Made by a program: the position numbers and the translations under genes. From positions 62,001 through 126,000 of the forward strand of contig JALDZX010000021.1 of assembly GCA_022813865.1 (NCBI GenBank): DNA of 64,000 nucleotides, in the 5' to 3' direction. Shown in pieces: positions 62,144-64,000 of the stretch. The notes under the pieces were generated by a model, which was not told the DNA's origin, searched no databases, and worked only from the letters and a program-made list of their open reading frames with translations. Each line of letters begins with the position of its first letter. Position 1 is the stretch's first letter. This DNA comes from Xylographa opegraphella. Lineage: Eukaryota.

Positions 62144-63168
62144 ATGCCCACCGTCCTCGTCGTAGGAGCTTCACGAGGGTTAGGTTCTGAGCTCGCCAAG
62201 CAGTACGCCGCCCGCGACGGCACCACCGTGGTCGCCACCTCCCGATCATCCCAAGCGTCGTCCGACAAGGACATTGTATGGATCTCCGGTATCGATGTCG
62301 CCAGCAAAGACGCCGGCGCGAAGCTGGCCGTCGGGTGCCGGCCGTACGCTCCCATCGATATCGCTATCATCACGGCCGGCTACTTCGGGACGGAGTCCTT
62401 CGACCAGCCGGACTGGGACGCGGAAGTCAAGATGTACACCACCAGCGCCATCGGGCCCGTGTTCCTCGTGCATCATCTCGTCCGGTCGGGCGCCGTGGCG
62501 GCGGGAGCGAAGATCATCCTCGTCAGTTCGGAGAGCGGGAGCATCACGCTGCGGCACGAGAGCGAAGGGGGTGGTAATTATGGGCACCATGCGAGCAAGG
62601 CGGCGTCGAATATGGTTGGGAAGCTACTGAGTTTGGATTTGAAGGAGAAGGGGGTGGCGGTCGGGATGGTGCATGTGGGTTTGGCTTTTCTGGGGGTTTT
62701 TGCGCCGGGATGATGTGCTGATGGGGAGGATAGCCTGGCTTCATGCGGACGGAGATGACGAAGGGGGTTGGGTTCGATAAGTTTGTGAGTTTTCCACTCT
62801 CGGATGCTTATTCCCTTTATTCTTGAACGGGTTGTTACAAAGTATAGCTAACACTGAGATCATAAAGTACGATGATGGCGGAGGTAAGCGCCCGCACCAT
62901 ACCCTCTAGAATGAATTCAGATCATGTGAGCTTACTTGCTGGACAGCTGTCACTCCTGCAAAAGCCGCCAAGTCATTGATTGATTTTGTTGATAAATTTG
63001 ATATGGGAATGACCGGGGAGTACTGGGCCCCAAGGGGATCTGGGTTAGTATACAACGAGGCCTGATGTCACGTACTAAGAGAGACTCTCTAGGGACATCG
63101 GCACAGCGGGACCAGTGCTTGGGAAGGACCTGGCGAACTCGGCATCACCATTGAAGTTGCCATGGTGA
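62144..63168 (+). CDS. Short-chain dehydrogenase/reductase, CsgA/C-factor-like, ~256 aa
   Basis: Rossmann motif VVGASRGLG, VSSESGSI, YGHHASKAASNM, HPGFMRTEMT. Exons 62144-62674, 62734-62784, 62868-62883, 62947-63043, 63093-63168; total 771 nt. Confidence 0.9.
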
Positions 63169-63864
63169 GAGGCTCGGACTAGAGGAGTAGAAAGTGGGTG
63201 GACTCTACGTGCCACAGTGATCTCGATTCCTGCAGCCCCATGCAGAGCCACTATTGAACAGTCGATTCTGCTTCCGACATGAAAAGGATTTGTGATTGAG
63301 AAGTCAATTGACACTATTTCAGGCGCTCCAGGAGTTTAGGCATTACTTGGTGCACTTGGCTTGGCAACGTCACTGACTGGTCGCTGGAATAAACTCTGAT
63401 GAGCCCCGGAGGAGTCATAATTTGCGCGAGTGGTACCAAACATTCGTAGTGGTCCGCCGAGCCCTATCTAAGCTCCAGTGAATGCGATTCGTGATGTCCC
63501 TTCTTTAGGCACCGACTGGATTGTATTCTCACCTGGTGCCTGATGATGTTCAAGTCTAGCCCCTAATCCTTAGCGCATTACTTAGCGAGCGAGCCGCCGG
63601 GCCTTTCCATCGTCGACCTCACGCGTTACACTCATCTCGATATCAAACAACACTTCACTTCACTCCTGCACCCTGCTGCAGACTATTTTCTATTCGTACT
63701 GTACGTTGTGCGGGTCAATTTATCCTCAATACTTGTCAATGACTTACCCTTGAGGCCACTACCACCCTCGTCAACCTCCAACCGCGTCCTTGGGCGAGCT
63801 TGTAATTATTTTCGACAGCGCTCACTGCGATCGCTGATACCTCGCGACCTCCTCTGATCACACA

Positions 63865-63964
63865 ATGGCCAGCTTTGGTGGCTTTGGTGGCTTTGGATCG
63901 AATAATAACAATAACCAGCCGTCGAACACTGGTTTTGGTGGATTTGGATCAAACACTTCAACAG
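63865..63964 (+). CDS. First exon of an FG-repeat nucleoporin, probably Nup98-Nup96 (SONB/Nup145/Nup189 type); 3'-truncated
   Basis: ATG at 63865 gives MASFGGFGGFGSNNNNNQPSNTGFGGFGSNTST, then a donor GTAGAT at 63965. Absent from the ORF track. Which FG-Nup it is cannot be settled from 33 codons. Confidence 0.75.
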
Positions 63965-64000
63965 GTAGATTTTTGAGATTTCCACTGTCATGAGACCTAC

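Overview
Eukaryotic genomic DNA from a filamentous ascomycete (Pezizomycotina): short GT-AG introns with CTRAC/CTAAC branch points and typical fungal gene families. I reconstructed exon structures by hand, and every multi-exon model sums to a whole number of codons. The window has a housekeeping backbone: a 5'-truncated conserved hypothetical gene, YME1, a 4-finger C2H2 transcription factor, NCS6/CTU1, glycerol kinase, a 1141-aa uncharacterised protein, a DUF3429/TMEM69-like mitochondrial membrane protein, VPS13, centrin CDC31, an SDR and the first exon of an FG nucleoporin (probably Nup98-96). Accessory genes are interspersed: a PTH11-like membrane protein, a cytochrome P450, an MFS sugar porter, a 2EXR pseudogene, a RimJ/RimL-type GNAT, a VIT-vWA protein, a secreted pepsin and a StcS/VerA-like P450 relic. 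I saw no tRNA, rRNA, CRISPR or intact transposon. The most notable unexplained signals are: (1) repeated sharp, orientation-independent C/A-rich to G/T-rich skew switches that override codon usage mid-gene; (2) VPS13 lying directly beside its known binding partner CDC31; (3) a helically phased TAGCGGGC array in the divergent P450/MFS promoter of a possible sensing/uptake/oxidation module; (4) a mitochondrial-presequence-like extension on glycerol kinase. Family names come from motif recognition, not database searches.
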